Shown: in pieces, positions 31,083-41,269 of the stretch | Layout: every line of letters begins with the position of its first letter | How positions within the stretch are numbered: the stretch's first letter is position 1 | Assembly: GCA_963728565.1 (NCBI GenBank) | Contig: CAVSLC010000028.1 | Location: 102,399-166,398, forward strand | Reading direction: 5' to 3' | Length of the DNA stretch: 64,000 nt | DNA from: an uncultured delta proteobacterium | GTDB taxonomy: Bacteria; Desulfobacterota; Binatia; UBA9968 | The notes under the pieces: model-generated | Database searches by the model: none | Seen by the model: only the letters and a program-made list of their open reading frames with translations | What the model was told of the DNA's origin: nothing | Position numbers and translations under genes: made by a program

Positions 31083-31835
31083 ATGCAGCTGGAACAATTC
31101 TCCGCGCAAATACGAAGCCACCGCAATATTGTATTTTTCACCGGCGCCGGCATCAGCACCGAGTCCGGCGTCCCAGATTTTCGCAGCCCGGGAGGTGTCT
31201 GGACCAAATACCAACCGGTTTATTTTCAAGATTTTCTAGCCAGCGAAGCCGCGCGCATTCAGCATTGGCGCTTAAAGAAAGCGACTTACGAGCTCTTCAA
31301 GACCGTCAAGCCGAACCTGGGTCACCATGCGATCCGCGACTTCGAACATCGCGGGCAGCTACTCGGCCTGATCACCCAAAACATCGACGGCTTGCACAAG
31401 CTCGCCGGAGTTACAGACGAAAAGCTGGTGGAACTCCATGGGACCGATCGCCTGGTCACCTGCCTCAACTGCGGCAAGCGCTTTGCTCCCGCCGACGTTT
31501 ATGAAAGTTTGGCAGAAGAGTTCTCGGCGCCTACCTGCGACGCTTGCGGCGGCTTTCTCAAATCAGCGAATATTTCCTTCGGTCAACAAATGCCCGCCGA
31601 ACCCATGCGCCGAGCGCAAATCTGGACCGAGGCGGCCGATGTTTTCATCGTCGTCGGTTCCTCGCTTCAAGTCCAACCCGCCGCTTCTTTCCCTGTTATG
31701 GCCAAACGCAACGGCGCCTTGCTTGCGATCGTCAACCGCGATGAGACGCCTCTGGATGATATTGCCGACTACGTTTATCACGGCGGCATCGGCGAATGGT
31801 TCGGAAAACTGGGTCCCTTGTTAACCGACGCTTGA
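31083..31835 (+). CDS. NAD-dependent protein deacylase, sirtuin family
   Basis: TGAGISTESGVPDFRS, TQNIDGLH, ELHG, two CxxC, GSSLQVQPAA. Confidence 0.95.
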   Translation: MQLEQFSAQIRSHRNIVFFTGAGISTESGVPDFRSPGGVWTKYQPVYFQDFLASEAARIQHWRLKKATYELFKTVKPNLGHHAIRDFEHRGQLLGLITQNIDGLHKLAGVTDEKLVELHGTDRLVTCLNCGKRFAPADVYESLAEEFSAPTCDACGGFLKSANISFGQQMPAEPMRRAQIWTEAADVFIVVGSSLQVQPAASFPVMAKRNGALLAIVNRDETPLDDIADYVYHGGIGEWFGKLGPLLTDA

Positions 31836-31859
31836 AGCCGATATATTCAGCTTTAGTTT

Positions 31860-32060
31860 ATGCGAGCAATATTTGTCCTTACCCTCACATTGACCGTGGC
31901 CGCTTGCGCAACCGAGCGAACCGTTCTGGTGAACAGTCAAGGCGACCTGCTTACCTGTGAAACCAGCGGTTCGGGGTTCTTCGGCGCTATCTCGGTCCGC
32001 AATCAGCAGCAACAATGCATCTCCGATGCCGAGACGCGCGGCTATCGGGTAAAGAATTAG
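31860..32060 (+). CDS. Small putative lipoprotein
   Basis: Signal peptide with lipobox VAA-C; two further Cys. Confidence 0.7.
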   Translation: MRAIFVLTLTLTVAACATERTVLVNSQGDLLTCETSGSGFFGAISVRNQQQQCISDAETRGYRVKN

Positions 32061-32328
32061 GGATCTCGCATCGTTGTCGGCGCTGACCCGAATGCGTCCG
32101 AGAAAAATATTCTTGCCGAAGTTCGACAGCCTCTCCGCGAGCACCGCCTCGATCCCGCGGCGCACTTGCTCGCCCCAGAGTCCGATCCTAATTGTTGCTG
32201 CTCGCGCCAGCGTGAGATCGCATCAGACAATTCGGAGGAGAATCATATTTGCAGTCTCCTATCAAGAAAATTTTGTCTCCAGTTCTAGACGCTGATGTGC
32301 GTTATTGGAGGGCATTGCCGTGCAATCG

Positions 32329-32730
32329 ATGAGCACAATAGAAGGAGGTTGCCTATGCGGCGCGGTTCGGTATCGCGCCTCGGGCCGGGCCTTCGGGATA
32401 ACTCATTGCCACTGCCGGACTTGCCGGCGCGCCAGTGGCGCTCCGTTCATGACATGGGCCGGATTCGATCGCGATCAGTTCACCTTTACGCAAGGTCGAC
32501 CCGCCTCGTATAGATCCTCGGCAAACGTCGTGCGAACGTTCTGCGGCCGCTGCGGCACTGCGCTAAGTTACCAGCGCCTCGATCTACCGGCTTCCATCGA
32601 TGTGACTCTGGGAAGTATGGACGATCCGGAGAAAATAACGCCGGAAGATCATACCTGGACGGAGAACCGGATCTCCTGGATTACACTAGATCATTTACCG
32701 GCATACCCACAGGAAAGAAAGACCGAATGA
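32329..32730 (+). CDS. GFA/CENP-V family protein
   Basis: GGCLCGAVRY, CHCRTCRR, RTFCGRCGT. Confidence 0.9.
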   Translation: MSTIEGGCLCGAVRYRASGRAFGITHCHCRTCRRASGAPFMTWAGFDRDQFTFTQGRPASYRSSANVVRTFCGRCGTALSYQRLDLPASIDVTLGSMDDPEKITPEDHTWTENRISWITLDHLPAYPQERKTE

Positions 32731-33429
32731 TGCGGCTGTCACCCTTCAGAGACTGCGTTCTTTCACATGATCGACCAGGTGAAGGAGGGCAAGATTATGG
32801 CTGGGCAAAAGAATTCATAGGACGTCTTCTGAAATCACCGAAGACGAACAGCCGTTTTCCCAGCCTTTGAAATCCGAAGTCTCAATTGATCGGGGTGCAA
32901 CTCGGTCGCGCCCTGAGCCTAAGGCGACCCGGCGTGAGCATCGCGCTCATACCACCCGGGAAGGAATCGATCCTTCTTTGGCTTGATTATCAACTCTCGT
33001 TATTCCGCTATATGAGGCCGATCGTTATCCCCTGGCCAACGCCCCTAAAGATTGGCCGAATACCGGCCTCTTGTTCTGGGCCTACGTGACGATGTCCCGC
33101 TTACGCTTCTGGCGTTGCAAATCTCATCGCTGCTTGGTTAGACAAGGGCGGAAGACGCAAATGGTGGCTGGGCGCAGTATTCATTATATTAATAGAGCGG
33201 ATTACAACTTTCTGCTATTTCATACCGGCCAGGCTCAACTTCGCTGCTTCGGATTTGCCTCATGCAGGGATTGCTGCAAGATTATTCACAATGGCTTCTT
33301 TTCAATCACGCGCGACATCTTCTTACCCTCGGAGGCTGGTTGATGGCGCTCAAAGCAAGGTCATTAGCCCCGACCATCGAAGGTAACGATCGCAAAAGCA
33401 CAAGCTAGAAAGATAACGAAGGTGAACTC

Positions 33430-34006
33430 ATGAAACTGTACTACAATCCTAAGAGCCGCGCCGTGATCGCGAAATGGATGCTCGACGAGTGCGGTGCTAA
33501 ATATGACATTGTGCCCATCGAATTTGAAAAGGGCGAGCACAAAACGCCGGAGTTTCTCAAGATCAATCCGGCCGGAAAGTTGCCGGCCCTGGTCGATGGT
33601 GAGTCGAAGATCTTTGAGACTGCGGCGATCTGTCTTTATCTCGGCGACAAATTTGCCGAAGCCAACCTGTGCTCCCAGGGTCGGCGCGCCGGAGCGCGGC
33701 CGATACCTCTCGCTCATGGTTTATTCGACGGCGCAGCTCGAGCCCGCCTTGGGTGACGCAATGCTGGGCGGCCAGACCTCGCCGCAGCGCGGGTGGGCGG
33801 ATTTCGAGACCGTGCGCAATGTTATCGAGGGTGAACTCGGAGCCGGTCCCTATCTATTCGGAGAGTGGTTTACCGCCGCTGACGTGATGATCGGCTCTAT
33901 GTTCATGTGGAGGAGGATGCTGGGTGGCCAGCCCGATCGTCCCAGGCTCGAAGCCTATGTCGATCGCCTGATCGCGCGCCCCGCGGCGCCAAAGCTGGGC
34001 GCTTAA
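33430..34006 (+). CDS. Glutathione S-transferase (frameshift near 33668)
   Basis: SRA..WML.E, INPAGKLPAL, ETAAICLYL; second frame GPYLFGEWFTAADV. Confidence 0.85.
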
Positions 34007-34135
34007 CTTTCCAGCACATCGAGAAGAAGCAGCGCTCGTGATCTTGTCTTGCCACCCGACGAGCACTCAAATTCAAAGCCGGGCAGGATCGTTCCTGAGA
34101 TCCGTTTAGGCACAAAACAAATCAGGAGGAGGCCA

Positions 34136-34508
34136 ATGACTACGTCACGTCCGTTACATCGTCAATGATGTCGATGCAGCGATTACCTTCTATACCGACA
34201 TGCTCGGCTTTAAACTCGAAATGCATCCTGCGCCAGGTTTCGCGAGCCTATCGCGAGGGAATTTGCGGTTGCTGCTCAATCGACCGGGCGCGGGAGGCGC
34301 CGGCCAAGCCATGCCGGATAGCCAACGCCCGGCACCGGGTGGGTGGAACCGGATCCAAATCGAAGTCGGCGATCTCGAAGCCATCGTTGAGAAACTGAAG
34401 AGCTCGGGAGCCCGATTTCGCAACGAGATCGTGAGCGGCAATGGAGGCAAGCAAATCCTCGTGGAGGATCCGTCGGGAAATCCGGTCGAGCTGTTTTGGC
34501 CCTTCTGA
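34136..34508 (+). CDS. VOC/glyoxalase family protein (frameshift just after start)
   Basis: GGAGG RBS and ATG 34136; VRYIVNDVDAA..FY, GGWNRI, EDPSGNPVELF. Confidence 0.8.
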
Positions 34509-34605
34509 CGCTGATTAACGCGAGTCTGGACGCGTGACGGTTCCAAAGAGCGTCATTTGCCAATGAACCGCCATGCAATATTTGGTTAGATAAGGAGATA
34601 CGAAT

Positions 34606-34983
34606 ATGCCGATCCTACTCGATCACACAATTGTGCCGGCGCGAGACAAGCTCGCCTCGGCCAAATTCTTTGCCGAAATTTTTGGATTGAACGTTAAACT
34701 TGGCGAAGGCTACTTTGCGCAAGTGCAGGTCAACGACAGTCTGACCTTTGACTTTGCCGATGAGACAGAACCTCAGAGCCATCACTATGCCTTCTACATC
34801 AGCGACGCGGAATTTGAGGCGATTTACCAACGGGTAAAGGCCAAAGGACTGCCGTACGGCAGCGGGCCCTACAACCACACCGATGGCAAGATCTACACTC
34901 GCCGCGGCGGGCGCGGCTTTTACTTCGAAGACCCCGACGGCCACCTGCTCGAAGTGATGACGGTGCCCGAGACGGGAAGTTGA
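34606..34983 (+). CDS. VOC/glyoxalase family protein
   Basis: LDHTIV, HYAF, GRGFYFEDPDGHLLEV. Confidence 0.9.
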   Translation: MPILLDHTIVPARDKLASAKFFAEIFGLNVKLGEGYFAQVQVNDSLTFDFADETEPQSHHYAFYISDAEFEAIYQRVKAKGLPYGSGPYNHTDGKIYTRRGGRGFYFEDPDGHLLEVMTVPETGS

Positions 34984-35088
34984 AGGTAACGGCAGAGCGC
35001 CGCGGCGAATGAAATCGTGCTGCTGATGATCTGTATCAGCGCACGGGGCGAGAAACCAACCTGCTCGATCGAAGGAGCGCGCGCCTGC

Positions 35089-35447
35089 TCAAACCGCGAC
35101 GAGTACCTTAAATCCGCCATAAAACATGCCTTGGCATCAAAGGGCAGCGCTTTCGGATCCATCATCTGCGCCAGGCGCGGATCTTTCATAACCTCTGGCG
35201 TTGACCTGATCACGATGGGTGCGCGACTTGATACGATCCAGGAGAACGCCACGGTCTCGCCCGCCTTAAGCTTGACGCTCTGCGGAAGCGACGTATGCTT
35301 TCCCGGCTTCGCATCGTCGGCGACGCCCTCCCGAACCTCAAGCGCGCCATGATCTCGCCAAACCTTTCCGGCCATTCGAGCGATGCGCGCATATGCCTGC
35401 AGGTTTTTCTTAGGTACCGGCAACACGTGGCCATCAACAGAGGGCAT
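35089..35447 (-). pseudogene. DUF1428 family protein with several frameshifts
   Basis: VDG..LPVPKKN..AY, W.DHGAL, FSWI, VMKDPRL, PFD..MFYGGF spread over frames (at least 3 indels). Confidence 0.72.
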
Positions 35448-35484
35448 GGGCTATTGCTCCATGATAGTTGAGTTGTTATCTAGA

Positions 35485-36318
35485 TCAGTCATTGAATGCG
35501 TTTTCTGCCTTGTGACAGCGCTCCAGGAGACGAGGATCTCCCAGACGGTCCACGCAGGCGGCAAATCCCTCGGGTGGTCCACGCCAGCGCAGCTCGTCGA
35601 TATCGCGGAACAAGCCCGCGTCGGTCCTGAGCGTCGCCAGATTTTTGAACAGTAGCGCCAGTTCGCGATTATCTCCCAGTACGGCAGATGGAAAATTCTC
35701 TATCATGCCGTGCCGGTTAAGCAGCCGCGCAGCCGTGATCGGTCCGATCCCGGCAATGCCCGGAAATCCATCGGCGGCATCACCGATCAGAGCGAGCAGG
35801 TCGGGGATTAAAACCGGATCAACTCCGAACTTCTCGCGAACTCCTTCGGCATTGCGCATCTTTTGAGTTCGACGGTCCACCTGCACTATCCGGTCGCCGC
35901 GGACGCATTGCGCCAGGTCTTTGTCGGGCGTCCAGATGCAAATCTTTTCCACGTCTACGTTTTCGGAAGCGGTCTGCGCCGCCGAAGCAAGCGCATCGTC
36001 AGCCTCCAATTCGATCATCGGCCAGACAGCCACGCCCATAGCGGCGAGTGCTTCTTCGAGCGGAGTGAACTGGGCAAGCAGTGCGGGCTCGATACCATCG
36101 CTTGTCTTGTAACCAGGCCAGAGTCGATTGCGAAACGACTCGATCACGTGATCGGTCGCCACGCCCACGTGCGTCGCTCCACTCTCAATCATCTGCAGTA
36201 CTGTATTGAGGACGCCGATGACGGCCCCCAAGGGTCGGTCCTCGCCCTTGTTGAACCGGCGCAAGCCATAGAAGTGGCGGAACAGCTCATAGGTACCGTC
36301 AATAAGATGAACGATCAT
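35485..36318 (-). CDS. Stand-alone 5'-3' exonuclease / flap endonuclease
   Basis: LIDGTYELFR, SFR..YK, EADDALAS, DKDLAQ, LIGDAADGFPGIAGIG (H3TH). Confidence 0.9.
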   Translation of the reverse strand: MIVHLIDGTYELFRHFYGLRRFNKGEDRPLGAVIGVLNTVLQMIESGATHVGVATDHVIESFRNRLWPGYKTSDGIEPALLAQFTPLEEALAAMGVAVWPMIELEADDALASAAQTASENVDVEKICIWTPDKDLAQCVRGDRIVQVDRRTQKMRNAEGVREKFGVDPVLIPDLLALIGDAADGFPGIAGIGPITAARLLNRHGMIENFPSAVLGDNRELALLFKNLATLRTDAGLFRDIDELRWRGPPEGFAACVDRLGDPRLLERCHKAENAFND

Positions 36319-36403
36319 GCTTCGTCAAAGCCGGCGCTCCACCGGCGCCTGCTCCCGGTTAACCCTTTGCGGCCATGTGGTCGGCGATAAGCCGCATCCA
36401 AAT

Positions 36404-36673
36404 TCACCTGCCGAATCTCCGAGCGGCGCGGGCAGCTGCTTTAGCAGCCTGTTCCTGCCGAGTCTTCGGGGCGGTCGTCGATTCCAATGAAGCCAGAAGG
36501 TGCTTTGAGATCATCGCGACCTCATTGACGGCCGAAAAGAATACGGTCTCATTGGTTTTCGAGGGCTTGTTGTAGCCGCTGATTTTCCGTACGAACTGCA
36601 GCGATGCTGCCCGGATTTCCGAGTCGGTAACCGGCGGTTCAAAATTGAATAGCGTTTTGATGTTTCTACACAT
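36404..36673 (-). CDS. DUF2277 family protein
   Basis: MCRNIKTLFNFEPP..EIRAASLQFVRKISG signature. Confidence 0.88.
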   Translation of the reverse strand: MCRNIKTLFNFEPPVTDSEIRAASLQFVRKISGYNKPSKTNETVFFSAVNEVAMISKHLLASLESTTAPKTRQEQAAKAAARAARRFGR

Positions 36674-36859
36674 GTCGTTTGACCTCAAGACCTGCGCTCG
36701 TCCAAAACTTCGGCGCGCATTCAATCGCAAATCGGCTCTGCCATTTGACAAGGAAGCATCATCAGGCGGCGACAAGTCATCGCCGGAAAAGCGGATCTCG
36801 ATTCCGCGGTTTTGATCTTCTGCGCCGGATATTTTCCTTGGCGTTCTGCTTGCTGAGAC

Positions 36860-37273
36860 CTAGGTGCGCTTTGCGCTTGGCTCAAGCCGCGACGGCTCAG
36901 CCGATCCGGGATACGGCGTCAGACGCCAGCGCCCGTAGGCGACCAAAGCGCATAAAAGCCCCACAACGAGCGGGATCAGCGCCATGGCGATATCGCCAGC
37001 GAGGATTGTGAAGATCACGGCTCCGATCATGACGATCACCAGCCCGGCAGCCGCCAAGGGTGTCAGACCCGGGCGAATACCCGTTAGCCAGGGAACAATC
37101 ACGCCGATCGCACCCAGCACCTCGATGACGCCGGTGAGACGCAAGAACCAGCCTGGCAGCGCGAGCGGCATTTGCTTCAGCATCTCCTCGATCGGCGTAA
37201 CCAGCTTCACGCCACCGGCGAACAGAAATAGGGCGGCAAGCAACACTTGAAGGATCCACAGTGCAACGTTCAT
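36860..37273 (-). CDS. DoxX-like membrane protein
   Basis: LWILQVLLA..F..AG..K, E.LGA.G..P, LAAAGL; four TM segments. Confidence 0.88.
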   Translation of the reverse strand: MNVALWILQVLLAALFLFAGGVKLVTPIEEMLKQMPLALPGWFLRLTGVIEVLGAIGVIVPWLTGIRPGLTPLAAAGLVIVMIGAVIFTILAGDIAMALIPLVVGLLCALVAYGRWRLTPYPGSAEPSRLEPSAKRT

Positions 37274-37381
37274 GATTGATCTCCTTCGTCCTCGATTGTG
37301 ACCCTCTTAACACGGGACGCTCCGGCAACCGGGAGCTTCGGTCGGGCATTCCTCATGGGGAAGTCGAGCCATGCCGGACGC

Positions 37382-37786
37382 TTACTTGGCGATCTCGTCA
37401 TAACCGCGCCCGACAAACTGCACAAAGCAAAAACCATGGCCAAACGGATCAGCCATGAGGGCGAGCTTGCCCCACCCGAATACCTGAACGGGCTTTTCTA
37501 GCACCGCTCCCGCTAAGACAGCTCGCTCAACCGCCGGCTCGATTTCATCGACGACAAAATCGAGATGCACCGGCGTCCAATGCCGCTGATAGGTTCGAGC
37601 CAGCGAAGTTGTCTCTGCAGGCGCAGTTGCTGATCTCTCCAGGAGATATATTGGAGACGAACAGCCAAGCATCTCCAATCCGCCGGCGCCGAGGCGGCGG
37701 CCGGCTCTCAATCCGAATACAGAACTGTAAAAGCGCGCCGCCTTATCAAGATCATCAACGTCCAAATTTACCAGGAGATCGCTCAC
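37382..37786 (-). CDS. VOC family protein
   Basis: NLDVDDL..A..FY, RHWTPVHLDF, ADPFGHGFC. Confidence 0.87.
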   Translation of the reverse strand: MSDLLVNLDVDDLDKAARFYSSVFGLRAGRRLGAGGLEMLGCSSPIYLLERSATAPAETTSLARTYQRHWTPVHLDFVVDEIEPAVERAVLAGAVLEKPVQVFGWGKLALMADPFGHGFCFVQFVGRGYDEIAK

Positions 37787-37814
37787 GCCATCGCCTATAT
37801 CCCACCGGACCCAT

Positions 37815-38162
37815 TCACAACGACCGCCCGTCGAAGTTCTGAACCGGAACGCTTGCCAGGTCAATCCCTTCGATGCAGCGAAGATTGATGGCGGCAATCT
37901 TGTTTCCGTTGGGATCGGTGCCTTCACCGTATGGATGGATGCCGCATGTCTGACAAAAGCGGTGTTTGATCACCCGCTTGTTGAACGTGTAGGTTCCGAT
38001 GTCCTTTTCCGGCGTGAGCACAATCAACTGTTCGCGGGGCACAAACCACAGGAGCGATCCCTTGCGCGAACAGATCGAACAATTGCATGCCATCGCCGCT
38101 TTAATTTCGCCTTCAGCTTCGAATGCAATCTTACCGCAGTGACAGCTGCCCTTATACTTCAC
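37815..38162 (-). CDS. GFA/CENP-V family protein
   Basis: GSCHCG, CNCSIC, HRFCQTCGIH, INLRC. Confidence 0.92.
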   Translation of the reverse strand: MKYKGSCHCGKIAFEAEGEIKAAMACNCSICSRKGSLLWFVPREQLIVLTPEKDIGTYTFNKRVIKHRFCQTCGIHPYGEGTDPNGNKIAAINLRCIEGIDLASVPVQNFDGRSL

Positions 38163-38245
38163 ATGAGCTCTCCTTATTCGGCTTTTGACGTCATTGTTAT
38201 CGCTTTATTGAAAATAAGCTTCGCCAGCATCTCTCTGCCAGCGAC

Positions 38246-38806
38246 TCAATGGTTTAATGTCACCCCGCTCTTGTTCGATGCCGCTTCCACGACCGACTTC
38301 ATTTGCGCCAAACCCTGCTCGAATTGAGCGCCAATCATTTTGTCCATATTCATGAACAGATGGATAGCCTTGGCAATGAAGTTGTTTTTGCCCGCCATGC
38401 TCCATGTCACCGATGTTTGATCGCCCTCGGGTCTAAATGTGAATTCCGCAAGATTGGTGGCGGCAAACGGGCTGAAGAACTCTAGGTTGATCCGGATCAG
38501 ATCGTTCGGACGGCTCTCAATGATCGTCATGCGGCCTTCTCCTACCTCTTTGTTACCAGTCCAGGTGTAGACAGCGCCAGTCCCGGCGGGGGCGCCCTGG
38601 TATGTTTGCTTCATCGTCGGATCCAATTTCCCCCATGGGTTCCATGCTTCCCATTTATGGAAATCATTGACCTGCGCAAATATCGCCGGGGCCGGCGCGC
38701 GCATCCTAGCCGTCCGCGCGACACGAAATTGCGGAGATTGCAGAGCCACGATGCCGGCAAAGACGACGACAACAATCGGCACGACCATGAGAATTTTAGT
38801 GATCAT
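38246..38806 (-). CDS. SRPBCC/polyketide cyclase family protein with N-terminal TM
   Basis: VNDFHKWEAWNPW, G.GAVY.W.GN..VGEG.M, FEQGL. Confidence 0.88.
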   Translation of the reverse strand: MITKILMVVPIVVVVFAGIVALQSPQFRVARTARMRAPAPAIFAQVNDFHKWEAWNPWGKLDPTMKQTYQGAPAGTGAVYTWTGNKEVGEGRMTIIESRPNDLIRINLEFFSPFAATNLAEFTFRPEGDQTSVTWSMAGKNNFIAKAIHLFMNMDKMIGAQFEQGLAQMKSVVEAASNKSGVTLNH

Positions 38807-38869
38807 AAGATCCTCTTCTGGGCGGTGCTAGTAGCGACAACCGATAACCGTTATTACGCCCTCACTTTC

Positions 38870-39292
38870 CTAGTTGATTGCCCTTAGCGGTTCTTTTACC
38901 TCGGTTGGGTCCATGTAGACCAGCTCCCATATGTGACCATCCAGATCCTGAAATCCGTGGGCATACATGAAACCATGGTCTTTCGCTTCATTGTAGGTTG
39001 AGCCTCCGCCGGCGATCGCCTTCGCAACCATCTGATCGACTTTTGACCGGCTCTCCAGAGATAAGCACACCAGCACTTCTGTATATTTACCGGTGTCGCA
39101 AATCTGTTTGGGCGTAAAGGTCTGAAACTTTTCTTCAGTTAACAGCATGACGAATATGTCCTCATTCACCACCATGCATGTGGCAGTCTCATCGGTATAT
39201 TGTTTGTCAAAACTGAAGCCAAGTTTGCTGAAAAACTCCACGGACCTTTCTAGATTCTTGACCGGTAGATTGACAAATATTTTTATTGGCAT
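38870..39292 (-). CDS. VOC family protein
   Basis: IFVNLPVKNL..S..FF, FMY..FQDLDGHIWE. Confidence 0.9.
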   Translation of the reverse strand: MPIKIFVNLPVKNLERSVEFFSKLGFSFDKQYTDETATCMVVNEDIFVMLLTEEKFQTFTPKQICDTGKYTEVLVCLSLESRSKVDQMVAKAIAGGGSTYNEAKDHGFMYAHGFQDLDGHIWELVYMDPTEVKEPLRAIN

Positions 39293-39425
39293 GTTTTCTC
39301 CTTCTGAAGGTTGTGCAGGATCGAGAAGTCATCAACGGCGTTAAGCCGATGCTGCCGGCTGAAGACGATCCCAGCCACGGGCCGCATCCGCTAACAATCG
39401 AACAATCAGCCCACTCAAACCTCAG

Positions 39426-39722
39426 CTAGCCGCCGGCAATGGCACCGACGATCATAAAAGGCTGCGTTCCGGTTGCGATCGCCTCCGGCAGCAGCGTATC
39501 CGGCGCTTCGTGAGACAGGTCCTCGCCGCAGGCGAAGAATCTAACGAACGCACGGCGCTTGCCGTTGGCGTGGTCCCGAATAGTTCCACGCAACATTGGA
39601 TAACGCGCTTCGAGCGCATCGAGAATTGATCGTTGCGTGATTTTACCCGCGACTTCGAGGGACACTTCGCCGTCAACGTGGGCGAGCTTGCGCAGATGTG
39701 CTGGCAGTACAACTCGTATCAT
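39426..39722 (-). CDS. MoaD/ThiS-family ubiquitin-like protein
   Basis: Beta-grasp pattern (MIRVVLP..L, L.ALEA.YP.L) ending in AIAGG. Confidence 0.9.
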   Translation of the reverse strand: MIRVVLPAHLRKLAHVDGEVSLEVAGKITQRSILDALEARYPMLRGTIRDHANGKRRAFVRFFACGEDLSHEAPDTLLPEAIATGTQPFMIVGAIAGG

Positions 39723-39759
39723 GACTTATTACTCTCCTATAATAACAACTCCGTTTCCC

Positions 39760-39884
39760 GCGAGCGCTCAAAATGCCCCTTCCAGCCAGGCCGCAGCCAA
39801 GGAAAGTGCCGGAACGCCGGCTCGGAGCTACGTTGAGGACGCTTCAAGGCGCGAACGCTGCTGGAAGTCATTTTCAGCGCTCGC
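39760..39884. repeat. ~125-bp palindromic intergenic element (MITE/REP-like)
   Basis: Imperfect terminal inverted repeats GCGAGCGCTcAAAATG..CTTCCAGC / GCTGGAAG.CATTTTcAGCGCTCGC. Confidence 0.7.
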
Positions 39885-39885
39885 T

Positions 39886-41073
39886 TCATGGCAGTGTCTG
39901 CACCTCCACGGAGAGTACCGGCGGCAGATCGCGGACGATAGGCGCCCAATTGTCACCCGCGTCGGACGATGCATATACCTGTCCGCCGGTGGTACCGAAG
40001 TAAACGCCGCACGAGTCGAGCGAATCGACCGCCATCGCATCGCGCAACACGTTGACGTAACAATCACTTTGCGGCAGGCCTTTGGTGAGCGGTTCCCACT
40101 CATTACCGCCTGTGCGGCTGCGGTACACGCGTAGTTTTCCGTCAGGGGGGAAATGCTCCGAATCGCTCTTGATCGGCACAACGTAGATGGTATCCGGCTC
40201 GTGCGCATGCACGTCGATAGGGAAACCGAAGTCGGTTGGCAGGTTGCCGCTAATCTCTCGCCACGACTCACCGGCATCGTCGCTGCGCATCACGTCCCAA
40301 TGTTTCTGCATGAACAACACCCCGGGGCGGGACGGGTTCATTGCGAGGCGGTGGACACAGTGGCCCACCTCCGCCGTCGGTTCGGGAATATAGAGCGAAT
40401 GAAGGCCGCGATTGATTGGCTGCCAAGTGTTGCCTGCGTCGTCGGTTCGAAACGCGCCCGCCGCCGATATCGCGATGAACATCCGCTTGGCATTGCTCGG
40501 ATCCAGAAGGATCGTGTGCAGGCACATCCCACCGGCGCCGGGCTGCCAGGCCGAACCTGTGCCATGGCCGCGCAATCCGGCTAGCTCGTGCCACGTCTGA
40601 CCACCATTGACGGAGCGAAATAAGGCGGCATCTTCAACACCCGCGTATATGACATCCGGATCGTTCAGCGATGGCTCGAGATGCCAGACGCGTTTGAACT
40701 CCCACGGCCGCGCTGTGCCGTCGTACCATTGGTGTGTGGTGAGCGGTTTGCCGGTTTCAGGCGATGAGTCATAAATGAAGTTGTTGCTCTCGCCCTTGGG
40801 CGTTCCGTCCGGGGCGGTCGTCGGTTCGCCGGGCGGTGTTCCAGGTTGATGCCAGGTCTTGCCGCCGTCATCCGAGCGTTGAATGATCTGCCCGAACCAA
40901 CTGCTGCATTGCGATGCAAACAGCCGATCCGGATCAGCCGGAGATCCCTTGATGTGGTAGATCTCCCAGCCCGCAAAATGCGGGCCGCTGATATCCCATC
41001 GTTCGCGCTTCGCGTCCGCCGACAGGACGAACGCCCCTTTCCGTGTACCAACCAGCACTCGTACTTTGCTCAT
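39886..41073 (-). CDS. BNR/Asp-box beta-propeller protein (sialidase-like)
   Basis: At least six S/TxDxGxxW Asp boxes; no signal peptide. Confidence 0.9.
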   Translation of the reverse strand: MSKVRVLVGTRKGAFVLSADAKRERWDISGPHFAGWEIYHIKGSPADPDRLFASQCSSWFGQIIQRSDDGGKTWHQPGTPPGEPTTAPDGTPKGESNNFIYDSSPETGKPLTTHQWYDGTARPWEFKRVWHLEPSLNDPDVIYAGVEDAALFRSVNGGQTWHELAGLRGHGTGSAWQPGAGGMCLHTILLDPSNAKRMFIAISAAGAFRTDDAGNTWQPINRGLHSLYIPEPTAEVGHCVHRLAMNPSRPGVLFMQKHWDVMRSDDAGESWREISGNLPTDFGFPIDVHAHEPDTIYVVPIKSDSEHFPPDGKLRVYRSRTGGNEWEPLTKGLPQSDCYVNVLRDAMAVDSLDSCGVYFGTTGGQVYASSDAGDNWAPIVRDLPPVLSVEVQTLP

Positions 41074-41168
41074 CCCTTACTCCTTTTATATCAAGTTTAT
41101 TTCACAGTAGTTTCTAACGACGATTCGATCAGGATTTTGACCGCGACCGTTGATCTATTCAATAGTAT

Positions 41169-41195
41169 GACGAACGAATCGAAGACTTTAGGACA
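41169..41195 (-). promoter_or_regulatory. Possible ECF-sigma promoter of the BNR-Ubl-VOC gene run
   Basis: Minus strand TGTCCT-N17-CGTC preceded by an A/T tract. Confidence 0.45.
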
Positions 41196-41269
41196 TCGGC
41201 CCAAAAAAATATTTTGGTTTTAAATGCTGTTGAATGCGCGGCCCGCCGATACCTCGTAGATCGAATCCT

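Noticed and set aside
32730-33420. Short ORFs between GFA and GST
   Set aside because: No recognisable motifs or RBS; possibly gene debris
39339-39395. GTTA..TAAC hairpin downstream of the Ubl gene as attC
   Set aside because: Core sites are in the wrong order for attC; likely an ordinary hairpin
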